In this document: one piece after another, positions 55,556 to 64,000 of the stretch
Numbering within the stretch: position 1 is the first letter of the stretch
Layout: each line of letters begins with the position of its first letter
Source: Patescibacteria group bacterium
GTDB taxonomy: Bacteria > Patescibacteriota > Kazan-3B-28
Direction: 5' to 3'
Assembly (NCBI GenBank): GCA_028717565.1
Contig: JAQUNP010000001.1
Span: 26,736-90,735, forward strand
DNA: 64,000 bases
Made by a program: the position numbers and the translations under genes
Notes under the pieces: generated by a model
Database searches by the model: none
Told to the model about the DNA's origin: nothing
Seen by the model: the letters and a program-made list of their open reading frames with translations, nothing else

Positions 55556-57925
55556 TTATACATCAATGCCAGAAATCTCTTCGGGGATTACATTGAAAGT
55601 AGTAAGCGACTTCAAAACGTCGCGTCCGTAATCTTTGAGCAACAAACGGCCATCTACCAACACCATCGGGATATTTAAAAGCCGACCTTGGTGCAAAGCC
55701 ATTTTTAGTTTCATCGTGGCTCGAGGCAAGGTATAGCTACTAAAGCCGTCACGCCCGTCACCTAAAATCCGAAATTGAGCTTTAGACAGAGGATCAAATG
55801 GCATTTTACTAAAAACAATCCGGTCAAATTCTGTTGCGTACCATTTACCACGCTCTAGCCACATGTAGTGACCAAGCAGAATAAAACTGGGTTTATCCCG
55901 CATGATATCCGGCAACCGCGAGAGATTCCCTACGGTATCAAAGCTTTCTAAGGTCGTGTGGTTTTTGCAAGCACCATTGAAGAGATCGATAAGCAAATGT
56001 TGGCTTTCAAACGCAGTGGAGGCAATAACCAAAGTTTTGTCTTGGCCTAAGGAAAATTTCTCAACCAAACTCGGCAACCATTTTTCCGGTACCAGATTAG
56101 GGTCACGATCCTGTGCCAAAATGAGATCGGTTTTGTCGCGCTCTATAACCGCCGCATGGAAATCACCAAAAATTGGTTTGAAATAATCGAAGTTGCCAGC
56201 AAAGGTAAGTGCAGGTGAGATGACAGTAAAAGATAGAGCTTGCTGAACCATGTCTTGGAGAGTTTTAAAGCTGGGTTGAGTGGGCACAATATCTAAAAAG
56301 AACCGCGTGGCATCAGCAAACAAAAAGTAGCGATACTGACCACTAAGCCGCTGCAAATGCTCCAAATAATTTTTGAGTGCGCGCGTACTTTGAATTTGCT
56401 TAGCTATGGCTGGGGAAGCGGTAAAGTTTTCTAGCTTAGTAATGTATTCACCCAGAGCGGTTGTGATGGGTTCGAGAAATGGCACAAGCTCGTCATTGAC
56501 TAGCTCGGGCTGGAGCTCAATATTTTTGTCATAAACCGACTCTGGCGGATTGCTCTTGAAAATATCAATAAAAAATTGTGACAAATCGGTAAGTTTGCCG
56601 CTAACGACATTGAGCAACTTAAACAAATCATCACTTAGTCGCACATCATGAGAAACAACGTAGCGGTGTACAAAGTCACGTCGACTGCTCACTAAGGCGC
56701 TGCAATAGTTGAGTGAAAGGGTCTTGGTTTGGGAGATAAAGGCCGCATCCTCTAACAGAGTCGGGGTAGACGCCACTATCGCCCACTTGTCTAGGTTCGA
56801 GATGGTAAAAAGATTTTCTGCCGTAGTCACCAATACCCCTTGGGGTGTAGGTGCGGCCACTTTGTCAGTTTCGACTGGGGCGATCTTTTGTTCCCATTGA
56901 AATTTCTCATCACGGGTCAAAAATAGTTTCTGCAAATCTTGGTTCCATTCGTTTTTCCAAATGGTGATTTTGGTAACTAGTTTGGCTTCGGTACTGGTCA
57001 GATCGGCTTTGTCCTGACACAATTTAATTTCAGCATCGGGCTCATAAATCTCGGTCGGGCTATAGTAGGGCTGAATAGCAAATCCTACTTTGGTTGATGC
57101 TGCGTGCCAGTTGGTTTTATAAAACATCCACACCGGTACCACTACCACTGCGGGTTGCATTGTGCTGGCATAGGCCAAGGTTTGTGCTACTGCATCCAAA
57201 TCAAAATCCGCCTCAATAAAATTGATGCCACCTTGACAAGCAGATTGGACGGCCGGTAGATGCGTCAGACCGGTCTGAACGGCATCTGATAACTTGGTGG
57301 CAAACAGCTCATCGGACTGGGCTTCGCCAGTAAATTCAAACTTCAAGGTTGATTCAAAAACCCACCCCCAGCTCCAACTTTCACTTGGGACTAGTTGCGC
57401 AATTTGGGTCTTGGTATCAGTTCCAGTAGCTTGAGCTCGAGTAACCAGCAATTTCATTAAGTCCAAGGTGGCTAGTACATCGTTCATGGCTCGATGGCTG
57501 GGTTTGTGCAGAAAGTCGTAGGTGTGTGCCAAATATTCCAAACTGTAGTAGTCCTGTGCTGGGAGAACAGTATAGGCCAACTCTAATGTATCGAGAGCTG
57601 GGTTTTTTAAACCACAACCCTTAGCATTTAAAAACTCTATATCAAAACCGATATTGTGTCCGACTATCGGCGCATCACCGATGAATTCAACAATCTGGTC
57701 TTTGACTGCATCAAAAGTTGGCTGACCAACCAGATTGTCGGGAGTGATGCCAGTGATAGCTCGGATGACCGGTGTGAGCTCCTTATCGGTATGAATGAGC
57801 AAATCGAGCTCCGCCAAAATCTGGCCACTTGCATTAATCCGTACCCCAGCAAATTCAATAATATCGTCGCGTTTTGACACAACGCCAGTAGTTTCGATAT
57901 CTAAAATAATAAACTCTTTATTCAT
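55556..57925 (-). CDS. DEDDh 3'-5' exonuclease fused to a DinG-like (apparently ATPase-dead) helicase scaffold
   Basis: ExoI ILDIETTG, ExoII GHNIGFDIEF and ExoIII HRAMNDV. The C-terminal region has DinG-like motifs (HQGRLL). However, EADFDLDAV sits where EAGTGTGK is expected and FADAT where DEAH is expected. Confidence 0.75.
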   Translation of the reverse strand: MNKEFIILDIETTGVVSKRDDIIEFAGVRINASGQILAELDLLIHTDKELTPVIRAITGITPDNLVGQPTFDAVKDQIVEFIGDAPIVGHNIGFDIEFLNAKGCGLKNPALDTLELAYTVLPAQDYYSLEYLAHTYDFLHKPSHRAMNDVLATLDLMKLLVTRAQATGTDTKTQIAQLVPSESWSWGWVFESTLKFEFTGEAQSDELFATKLSDAVQTGLTHLPAVQSACQGGINFIEADFDLDAVAQTLAYASTMQPAVVVVPVWMFYKTNWHAASTKVGFAIQPYYSPTEIYEPDAEIKLCQDKADLTSTEAKLVTKITIWKNEWNQDLQKLFLTRDEKFQWEQKIAPVETDKVAAPTPQGVLVTTAENLFTISNLDKWAIVASTPTLLEDAAFISQTKTLSLNYCSALVSSRRDFVHRYVVSHDVRLSDDLFKLLNVVSGKLTDLSQFFIDIFKSNPPESVYDKNIELQPELVNDELVPFLEPITTALGEYITKLENFTASPAIAKQIQSTRALKNYLEHLQRLSGQYRYFLFADATRFFLDIVPTQPSFKTLQDMVQQALSFTVISPALTFAGNFDYFKPIFGDFHAAVIERDKTDLILAQDRDPNLVPEKWLPSLVEKFSLGQDKTLVIASTAFESQHLLIDLFNGACKNHTTLESFDTVGNLSRLPDIMRDKPSFILLGHYMWLERGKWYATEFDRIVFSKMPFDPLSKAQFRILGDGRDGFSSYTLPRATMKLKMALHQGRLLNIPMVLVDGRLLLKDYGRDVLKSLTTFNVIPEEISGIDV

Positions 57926-59138
57926 TGCGACTTAAGATAACTTCCAGTCGGTCTGGGGTAAAGCTGATGACACTTAAATTGGGATTGGTCGTGAACATAT
58001 CTCCCGTTAGTTCAATAACATTTTGGCCAGTTAAGGCACCGGCCAGATCAATGGTGAGAGCAACATCGCTACGAGAAAGATTAGCCAATGCTTCGGCCTC
58101 GCCCGATAATACCACGCGAATACTAGCCGGTTCAACACTGGTGAGGCTAAAGTTCTCCCCAACATTCGCGAATTGTGGCACCACATTAATCTGATTTGTG
58201 GAACCAGCTCGTTCAACAATCACATGAGCAGAGACCACGTTGCCTCCTACTACATTAATCGTGAGCGGCAACTCCACCCCTACCTGTTCATAGAAGCTGT
58301 CGCGTCTACCGCTGAGTTGAATGGGCGTTGTGGATAAGAACTCTAGCTCTTTAAGAGCTGCATCGTCACCTTGGACAGTGAGTACTGATGGCTCAAAAAC
58401 TACCTCTCGAATCCAGTAGCCGCCGGGCAGCTCACCGGCAAAAATCGGAGATAGGCCAAGCGTTCGAGTGGCTACCCCTCGTGCGATATCGATTTGTACT
58501 GCCATATTGGTTGGGGCCACGTTCACATTATAAAGTGGCCGATTTTGACTATCGACTGCTGTAATATCGGCAACCGTACTAAAGCTTTTGGATTGACCGC
58601 CGAGTTGAATAGGAACTACGGCTTCAGAAATTGATCCCAACAAATCCGCAGCCCCCGACAAGGTAACCGATGCCACAGCTGGCGAAGTCCGAGTGACGTG
58701 ATACCCATTAGCCACACTCCCAGTCAAAGCCACACTTACCGGCACCTCTTTGGTGGTTCGATAATCCAAAGTCAGTTGCCAATGCACCGGACTGAAGGTA
58801 ATGACGTTCACACCTTTTGGTGAACGATCGAGTTCAACATCGGCCTCATATTCCCCTACGCTGCTAATCCCGGTCAGGTTCATAACAAAACCCAACGTCT
58901 GTTGATTAACTTGAGCTAATGCTCGTGAGCTACCGGAAAGCGTCACCTCAATGCCCGTCACCGGCTCCACTACTGCCATCTCTGACATTAGGCCAACTAT
59001 TTTAACTGGCGCAGTCACCACCATCTGCCGATTCTGGAAACCGTACACATTAAGCCACAACAAAACAGCCGCCACCAACACCAACCCACGCATGACCTCA
59101 ATGGACGACAGGTTTTTCATAAAACAATCTGACTTCAA
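57918..59138 (-). CDS. YbbR-domain protein (CdaR-like)
   Basis: N-terminal TM helix followed by repeated YbbR-like beta-rich modules. Overlaps the cdaA-like gene by 4 nt. Confidence 0.75.
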   Translation of the reverse strand: MKSDCFMKNLSSIEVMRGLVLVAAVLLWLNVYGFQNRQMVVTAPVKIVGLMSEMAVVEPVTGIEVTLSGSSRALAQVNQQTLGFVMNLTGISSVGEYEADVELDRSPKGVNVITFSPVHWQLTLDYRTTKEVPVSVALTGSVANGYHVTRTSPAVASVTLSGAADLLGSISEAVVPIQLGGQSKSFSTVADITAVDSQNRPLYNVNVAPTNMAVQIDIARGVATRTLGLSPIFAGELPGGYWIREVVFEPSVLTVQGDDAALKELEFLSTTPIQLSGRRDSFYEQVGVELPLTINVVGGNVVSAHVIVERAGSTNQINVVPQFANVGENFSLTSVEPASIRVVLSGEAEALANLSRSDVALTIDLAGALTGQNVIELTGDMFTTNPNLSVISFTPDRLEVILSRNE

Positions 59139-60007
59139 GAATATACCAATACAGTTTGCAGAACCTGCGAAAGGTCCTTGGGCGAGAGCCGCTTGTAGAC
59201 ATGGTCATCGTGAAGAACCGCAATCTCGCCGGTGGTTTTATTGGCAATGATAATCACCGCACCGAATTCTTTAGCAATTCTTTTGATATGCGGATTGTCT
59301 TCATTGAAAAGTAACTTCTTTTTAGCCCCCAGTTTGGAGCCAGCCGCAATAATGCGAGAACCGTCGACTACTGCCGCACCCTTGGCTAATTCTGAGCCAT
59401 TACCGAAGAAATCTATGAGTGCCTCAATAGTCAAATTAGCTTGCATCCGCGCATCTGACTCTAATAGACGCGAAAGGGGTTTATCGACTTGGAGCGCCAC
59501 TAGAGCGGGTTTTTTGGCTTTTGCCAAAACTGAAAAGGCCTCCACCAAGATTTTGATGGTAGTTTGGATTTCGGCTGTGCTTGGCGCTGACTTGGTAACA
59601 TGTCGGGTCGGTAGCGTATAGTCAGTTTCCAAAACCTTTTTGATTTCCGGAGCATATAAGGCACCCAGAGCGATCATAACAATAACAAACAAGCCAGCCG
59701 AAAGGTAGAAAAAGACCCATAGTCCCAAAATGCGTGCGACCAACACAAGCAAGAGCAAAATAAAAATCTTGGGCAGGATTTTGATGAGATCCGTTCGTCG
59801 CAGTTTCTTATAGATCCACCACAAAAGTCCAAACACCAAGGCGATGTCTATCAGCGCTAAGATGGAGATGTTTGAAACCACCCCCTGATAAAACAGCTGA
59901 GCAGTATTAATAATCGTGTTGGCACTGACTTGAATGTGATTAACAAAAGTTTCCCACATAGTTTGGTTAGCTGTTTGAAATTTTAGGGCGTCTCTATCAT
60001 ACGACAA
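59135..60007 (-). CDS. CdaA-like membrane protein with DisA_N (diadenylate cyclase) domain, divergent catalytic motifs
   Basis: Three N-terminal TM helices plus a DAC-like domain (IIIANKTTGEIAV resembles IVVSEETG.IS). AKGAAV sits where HDGA is expected and PHIKRIA where GTRHRAA is expected. Confidence 0.65.
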   Translation of the reverse strand: MSYDRDALKFQTANQTMWETFVNHIQVSANTIINTAQLFYQGVVSNISILALIDIALVFGLLWWIYKKLRRTDLIKILPKIFILLLLVLVARILGLWVFFYLSAGLFVIVMIALGALYAPEIKKVLETDYTLPTRHVTKSAPSTAEIQTTIKILVEAFSVLAKAKKPALVALQVDKPLSRLLESDARMQANLTIEALIDFFGNGSELAKGAAVVDGSRIIAAGSKLGAKKKLLFNEDNPHIKRIAKEFGAVIIIANKTTGEIAVLHDDHVYKRLSPKDLSQVLQTVLVYS

Positions 60008-60034
60008 AACCAGTGCGACCCAAAATCATGTATA

Positions 60035-63000
60035 ATGGCAGCAGATATGGGGAGAATTCAAGCTATTTTGCAAGCACTCAAGGAGCTAGCCAAGTCGGTG
60101 AGTGATTTTAGCTGGGCTAGTGTAAATAAGGTCCTGCTTTTGGAGATCATTGGAGGAATGGCAATTGTGGGCACAGGTGGAGTGCTTTTGTATAACGCTT
60201 TTAATGCCAATGTGCAAACCACCTCAACGGGTTATGAATATACTCACCCACCTTTTGAGGTAGATGTGTTGGATCCAGATACTGCTATAGCCAACTACGG
60301 TGATTGGACAGAGATTGACATGACAGCTGTGGCCGAAGATTTGGGCTTTCCCAAGGGCCACATTTTTTCTGTAACTTCAAATGGGCATATACTGCCCACC
60401 TCAACCGACGACGTATATCTCTATGGCCGGTTTCACGATGTTTTGTACAAAACAGTCGGCATTACCACCGTTTTGAAGTTTGATAAATCCACTAAAGAGT
60501 TTTCTGTGGCGGTTCCGGCATCTGAATTAATGTCAGACCCGAGCGGAAACCGTACACCAACTTTGATATCGGACAAATATTTAGCTTTGGTGGGGTCGGT
60601 TGAGAGCCCCCGTCCGGGCAAATGGGCTTGGACAGATGATGCGGCACTGCGTGGCACTGTGGATGTGTACGACCTCACCACCGGCCAATTAGCCAAGTCG
60701 GCTCAATATAATTATGACAATCAGGGAGCGCCTTTAGCTGCTGGGCCTTGTGTAATCAATACTGGCTCGGGCACACTGTTCATCGGAACTTGGCGATATA
60801 GTGATGAGCCTGCCGCGGATGGAAAATACACTCAAGATCCCTGGGTCTTTTCCTATGACCTTGCCGCCAACCGTCTAGCCCCTGAACCGGATATGCAATT
60901 GCCAATTAGTGCGTGGTATGGCGGCCCCGTGCAGTTTGCTAACCAGGCCACCGTTGGGACCAAAACCTACTTTTTGGCCAGCAAGAAAATGTATCGGCTA
61001 GATCACGCTACCAAAAAAACCGAGTTTTTAGGTCACATGGAGCTGCCGGCAGTGTATGGTTCTTGGTCGATGCAATCGGCTCTTTTGGCCAATCGCTATC
61101 TCGTCATGATAGGCGAGGAGCCATCTAATGGCATTGCTGCACAAGCAGCCATGGGCCTGTTTGATATTCAGACCAATCAATTCTATTACCGTCAGTTGGA
61201 GACCGCACCGTTTAAAGAGTTTGTCGACTCTAAAGCGTGGCTAGCAGCATTAGATAGCGGCACCAAGCCCAACTTGGATAATGAAGAATGGTTTAGCTCG
61301 CCGCAAAAAGGATTTTTGTACACCATCTTGGACGACGGCACTGTTTTGATGGCTTCAGAAATGAAATGGAACATGCCATGGGCTGTGAGCTTGGTTAATA
61401 TAAAGGATTTTGTGCCACTGAAAAATCCGGTTTTAGATAGCACCGACCTTCTTGATAGTATGCTGACCTATGATGATTGGCTAGATCGTAGCAACACCCC
61501 GACTCGGTTGGGCACCGGCCGGTATTTTAGAGCTTTGGGTACCGACGCCTTGATGATGAGCGGTAAGCTGTGGTATCTGTATAGCTCTCATGCCCCCACC
61601 ACCATTCAACAAAGCATTGCAGCTACCTTGGAGAAGGATTGGCAGTTACCCAGCAGCGATTTTGATGATCGAGGTATTTGGACAAAAGCCAAAGGCGAAA
61701 TAACCATTTACCCCAAATATGCCGATGCCGCTCTTTATGATGCAGACGATGACATTAATTGGGAGGAGGGTGTAGCGGATTATGCGTACGCCTTGCCCGA
61801 CAATCGAATTTTGTTTGTAAAGCCGGTTCAAAAGCGAGTCGGCAACCGCTATCCGTTCGACTATGAATTTGCTAATGGTACGTTGGGGCAAATCTATGAT
61901 CCAACTACTGGAGAAAGTGAGATCGTCTCTTCGACAAAGCTTACGAGCTTGGTTTATGACCATCGCTCCCTGCAACACGATTTAATCTACGATTTCGCCA
62001 ACGGCATTGTCGATAAAGAAGGCCGCGTCCATTTCTTCGGTGACAATGATACGGTTTTGATTGTTGATGCTAGAGCCAATGATATCGTTATAAAAGATCT
62101 CACCAACTCTGGACCGATTAAATCATTCTTTCTTCCCAACAAACCCTCTTTTGATAATGGCACCCAATGGGTGGTGGTCGGTGACAAAGTTCTTTTTTAT
62201 AACCTTTACTCCCTAATTGAAACCGAAGAAAACGCCCAGTGGCTACCGCCTATTCCTACTAGCTTTTCTGGAGATGGAGCTCGACGCGTTATATGGCCGC
62301 CTTACTTGGTGCTTTATGATACTAATTCCTCCACCTATTTCGATTTGACTCACAAACTAGTTCAGGCCGAATTTGGTGATCAGGATTTGATCGGTAATAC
62401 AGAACTTTCCAAGCTAAAAAAAGAGCGCTTACCGATAGTTGAGGAATATAGTCGTGGTGGCATAAAATTCTCAGATGAATTTTTCGAACATAGCAGCACT
62501 CGAGCCCTGTATAACCTCTTTATCAATTGGTTCGGTCAATATGTTTCTGTTTTACGTGGAGACGCTTTAGCGATTGATGACGAAAGTGTAGTGATCGTGG
62601 CTGGTAGCAAGATTATGGTATTCAATATAAAAGACATCACCACCAGCGTGTGGGGACGGTTAAACTTACCCAATCCGCGCTATCTGTTCTTGGATGACGA
62701 CGGCAATTTAATAGCCATCACTCAAGATGGTGCTGAAAGATTTGATATCGGCTCTAATACTTCCGAGGTCCTTACCACCGACCCCGAAACCACCTATCCT
62801 TTTGGTAGCCATGTTTTCTATTTATATGGCAACCGATTGATGAGCTTTTCTGGCATTGACAATCGTCCGACCATTTATGATTTAAACACCCAAAAAACCT
62901 ACTGGACCGCCCAGCCATTTGTTTTGCCTCGACACGACAATGTGACCCAGTTAGCGGATCAGTCAGTGGTGATTTACGACTCGGCAGTATTTGACCCCAG

Positions 63001-63094
63001 CCCGGAGATTCCCACTCTCGAGGATTTGTTGGCTATCCCGTGGGCAGACGTTCCGAACATCGCTCGCAACGAACTGCAACGCTTTATCCCTTAG
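60035..63094 (+). CDS. large (1019 aa) membrane-anchored hypothetical protein, probably extracytoplasmic
   Basis: One N-terminal TM helix, then a long W/Y/G/D-rich region suggestive of beta-propeller-like repeats. No motif recognised. Confidence 0.7.
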   Translation: MAADMGRIQAILQALKELAKSVSDFSWASVNKVLLLEIIGGMAIVGTGGVLLYNAFNANVQTTSTGYEYTHPPFEVDVLDPDTAIANYGDWTEIDMTAVAEDLGFPKGHIFSVTSNGHILPTSTDDVYLYGRFHDVLYKTVGITTVLKFDKSTKEFSVAVPASELMSDPSGNRTPTLISDKYLALVGSVESPRPGKWAWTDDAALRGTVDVYDLTTGQLAKSAQYNYDNQGAPLAAGPCVINTGSGTLFIGTWRYSDEPAADGKYTQDPWVFSYDLAANRLAPEPDMQLPISAWYGGPVQFANQATVGTKTYFLASKKMYRLDHATKKTEFLGHMELPAVYGSWSMQSALLANRYLVMIGEEPSNGIAAQAAMGLFDIQTNQFYYRQLETAPFKEFVDSKAWLAALDSGTKPNLDNEEWFSSPQKGFLYTILDDGTVLMASEMKWNMPWAVSLVNIKDFVPLKNPVLDSTDLLDSMLTYDDWLDRSNTPTRLGTGRYFRALGTDALMMSGKLWYLYSSHAPTTIQQSIAATLEKDWQLPSSDFDDRGIWTKAKGEITIYPKYADAALYDADDDINWEEGVADYAYALPDNRILFVKPVQKRVGNRYPFDYEFANGTLGQIYDPTTGESEIVSSTKLTSLVYDHRSLQHDLIYDFANGIVDKEGRVHFFGDNDTVLIVDARANDIVIKDLTNSGPIKSFFLPNKPSFDNGTQWVVVGDKVLFYNLYSLIETEENAQWLPPIPTSFSGDGARRVIWPPYLVLYDTNSSTYFDLTHKLVQAEFGDQDLIGNTELSKLKKERLPIVEEYSRGGIKFSDEFFEHSSTRALYNLFINWFGQYVSVLRGDALAIDDESVVIVAGSKIMVFNIKDITTSVWGRLNLPNPRYLFLDDDGNLIAITQDGAERFDIGSNTSEVLTTDPETTYPFGSHVFYLYGNRLMSFSGIDNRPTIYDLNTQKTYWTAQPFVLPRHDNVTQLADQSVVIYDSAVFDPSPEIPTLEDLLAIPWADVPNIARNELQRFIP

Positions 63095-63855
63095 GCATGT
63101 GGCACGGCAAATTGAGACATTAGCCACCACAAGATTGCCAACCCCACCACTAATCCAAATATCTGCCCAAAGGCCTGGCGGGGTTTGTCTTGATGTTTAA
63201 AACTGGCCACAATATCCACTAAGGCAATATAGAGAAAACCGCCGGCACCAATGGCCACCAAGTACGGTACAAGCCCCTCGACAGATTGGAGCGCAAAGTA
63301 GGCCACCACACCACCCACTACAGCAAACAAAGCCGACAGTAGGTTAAACCAAATGGCACGCGCCCGACTAAAACCGCTATCGATAAGCACGGCGAAGTCC
63401 CCGATCTCTTGTGGGATTTCATGGATTACTACAGCCAAAGCCACGGACAGGCCGGTGGGGATGTTGAGCATAAAAGCCGAAGCAATTAAAACGCCATCCA
63501 AAAAATTATGTAGCCCATCTCCCAGTAAAATAGCATAACCGGTCGGTGTGGGATGGCAGCCATCACATTGATGATGATGGGCGTGATGCCAATGTAAAAT
63601 GCTTTCTAGTAACATAAAAAGCATAATGCCAACTAAAATATAAAATGGTCCTACTACATCGCCTAGCTCATGTAAACTTTCGGGTATTAGGTCAAAAAAA
63701 CCGGCTCCCAAAAGCGCACCGGCTGCAAACGCCACCAGAACAGGTAGCAACCGTCCAAAGATTTCCTGCTTGAGTGCCAATATAAAAATTCCCACCAAGG
63801 ACACCGCACTGACTAGCAACAGGGATACTATGATATAGATAAACTCTTGAGCCAT
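63091..63855 (-). CDS. ZIP-family divalent metal transporter (ZupT-like)
   Basis: HEIPQEIGDF motif, a His-rich loop (HWHHAHHHQCDGCH), 8 TM helices. Confidence 0.9.
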   Translation of the reverse strand: MAQEFIYIIVSLLLVSAVSLVGIFILALKQEIFGRLLPVLVAFAAGALLGAGFFDLIPESLHELGDVVGPFYILVGIMLFMLLESILHWHHAHHHQCDGCHPTPTGYAILLGDGLHNFLDGVLIASAFMLNIPTGLSVALAVVIHEIPQEIGDFAVLIDSGFSRARAIWFNLLSALFAVVGGVVAYFALQSVEGLVPYLVAIGAGGFLYIALVDIVASFKHQDKPRQAFGQIFGLVVGLAILWWLMSQFAVPHA

Positions 63856-63861
63856 ATGTCT

Positions 63862-63867
63862 ATTATA
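63862..63867 (-). promoter_or_regulatory. -10 box TATAAT, 6 nt upstream of the ZIP transporter ATG
   Basis: Reverse complement of 63856-63867 reads TATAAT-AGACAT, followed by the ATG at 63855. Confidence 0.45.
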
Positions 63868-63910
63868 CGGGAGAGCGTCAACTGCAGAATTTGATAGAAT
63901 GTAAATTATG

Positions 63911-63930
63911 CCCCGTAGAGAATTTTAGAA
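63911..63930 (+). repeat. 20-mer repeat, copy 3 (CCCCGTAGAGAATTTTAGAA)
   Basis: Near-identical to the copies at 41751 and 41871. Confidence 0.8.
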
Positions 63931-63936
63931 TTGATT

Positions 63937-64000
63937 ATGTTCTACGTATATATTCTCCAAAGTCAGAAAAATAACCAACTGTACATCGGCAGAACAGATG
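63937..64000 (+). CDS. GIY-YIG domain protein, N-terminal fragment (runs off window end)
   Basis: MFYVYILQSQKNNQLYIGRTD matches the GIY-YIG (UPF0213-type) N-terminus. Confidence 0.6.
   Translation, partial: MFYVYILQSQKNNQLYIGRTD

Noticed and set aside
55249-55566. 105-aa minus-strand ORF between the DinG-like and Nudix genes.
   Set aside because: It spans two long hairpins and AT-rich filler, is Cys/Leu-rich, has no RBS, and overlaps the DinG-like stop.

Overview
This 64-kb window looks like a streamlined bacterial chromosome segment. Small housekeeping genes are tightly packed and often overlap at start/stop codons, and almost all lie on the minus strand. Gene content suggests a Patescibacteria/CPR-like organism: a bacterial-type AspRS without the GAD insertion, sortase, a PEGA protein, FemAB, and a cdaA-cdaR operon. 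That taxonomic call is inference only, since no search was possible. Recognisable genes include mfd (fragment), pth, dus, der, a D-Ala-D-Ala carboxypeptidase, aspS, PGI/PMI, nfo, a SpoU/TrmH methyltransferase, an RND permease and a 2-Cys peroxiredoxin. They also include an FkbM methyltransferase, gltX, a glycosyltransferase/WecG cluster, a Clp-type AAA+ ATPase, glyA, rpmA, pyrG and alr. The rest are a Mur-ligase/hydrolase/DegT/FemAB operon, gyrB, pheST, an MTH1-like Nudix, an exonuclease-DinG-like gene, cdaR/cdaA-like genes, a ZIP transporter, and tRNA-Glu(CUC), tRNA-Gln(CUG) and tRNA-Leu(CAA). The clearest accessory feature is a ~4.5-kb AT-rich integrative element at 11165-15647. It sits in the 3' end of tRNA-Glu between 19-bp direct repeats. 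It carries a large serine recombinase, a TerS-like HTH protein and a three-gene cargo operon (TIGR04255-like protein, 71-aa protein, 184-aa ORFan) with no assignable function; this operon is my best candidate for an undescribed system. Other observations: (i) several core genes have an extended -10 box exactly 6 nt upstream of the ATG, which implies leaderless mRNAs. (ii) About nine visibly GC-richer ORFan cassettes, with strong GGAGG ribosome-binding sites and their own hairpin terminators, are wedged between core genes. (iii) Several promoter/terminator-bracketed non-coding units exist, including a ~610-nt GC-rich one between der and the carboxypeptidase gene. (iv) A near-identical 20-mer recurs at 41.75 kb, 41.87 kb and 63.9 kb. 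(v) The DinG-like and CdaA-like proteins have apparently degenerate catalytic motifs. All functional calls come from reading the translated ORFs and recalling family motifs. No database search or GC calculation was run, and composition statements are by eye.
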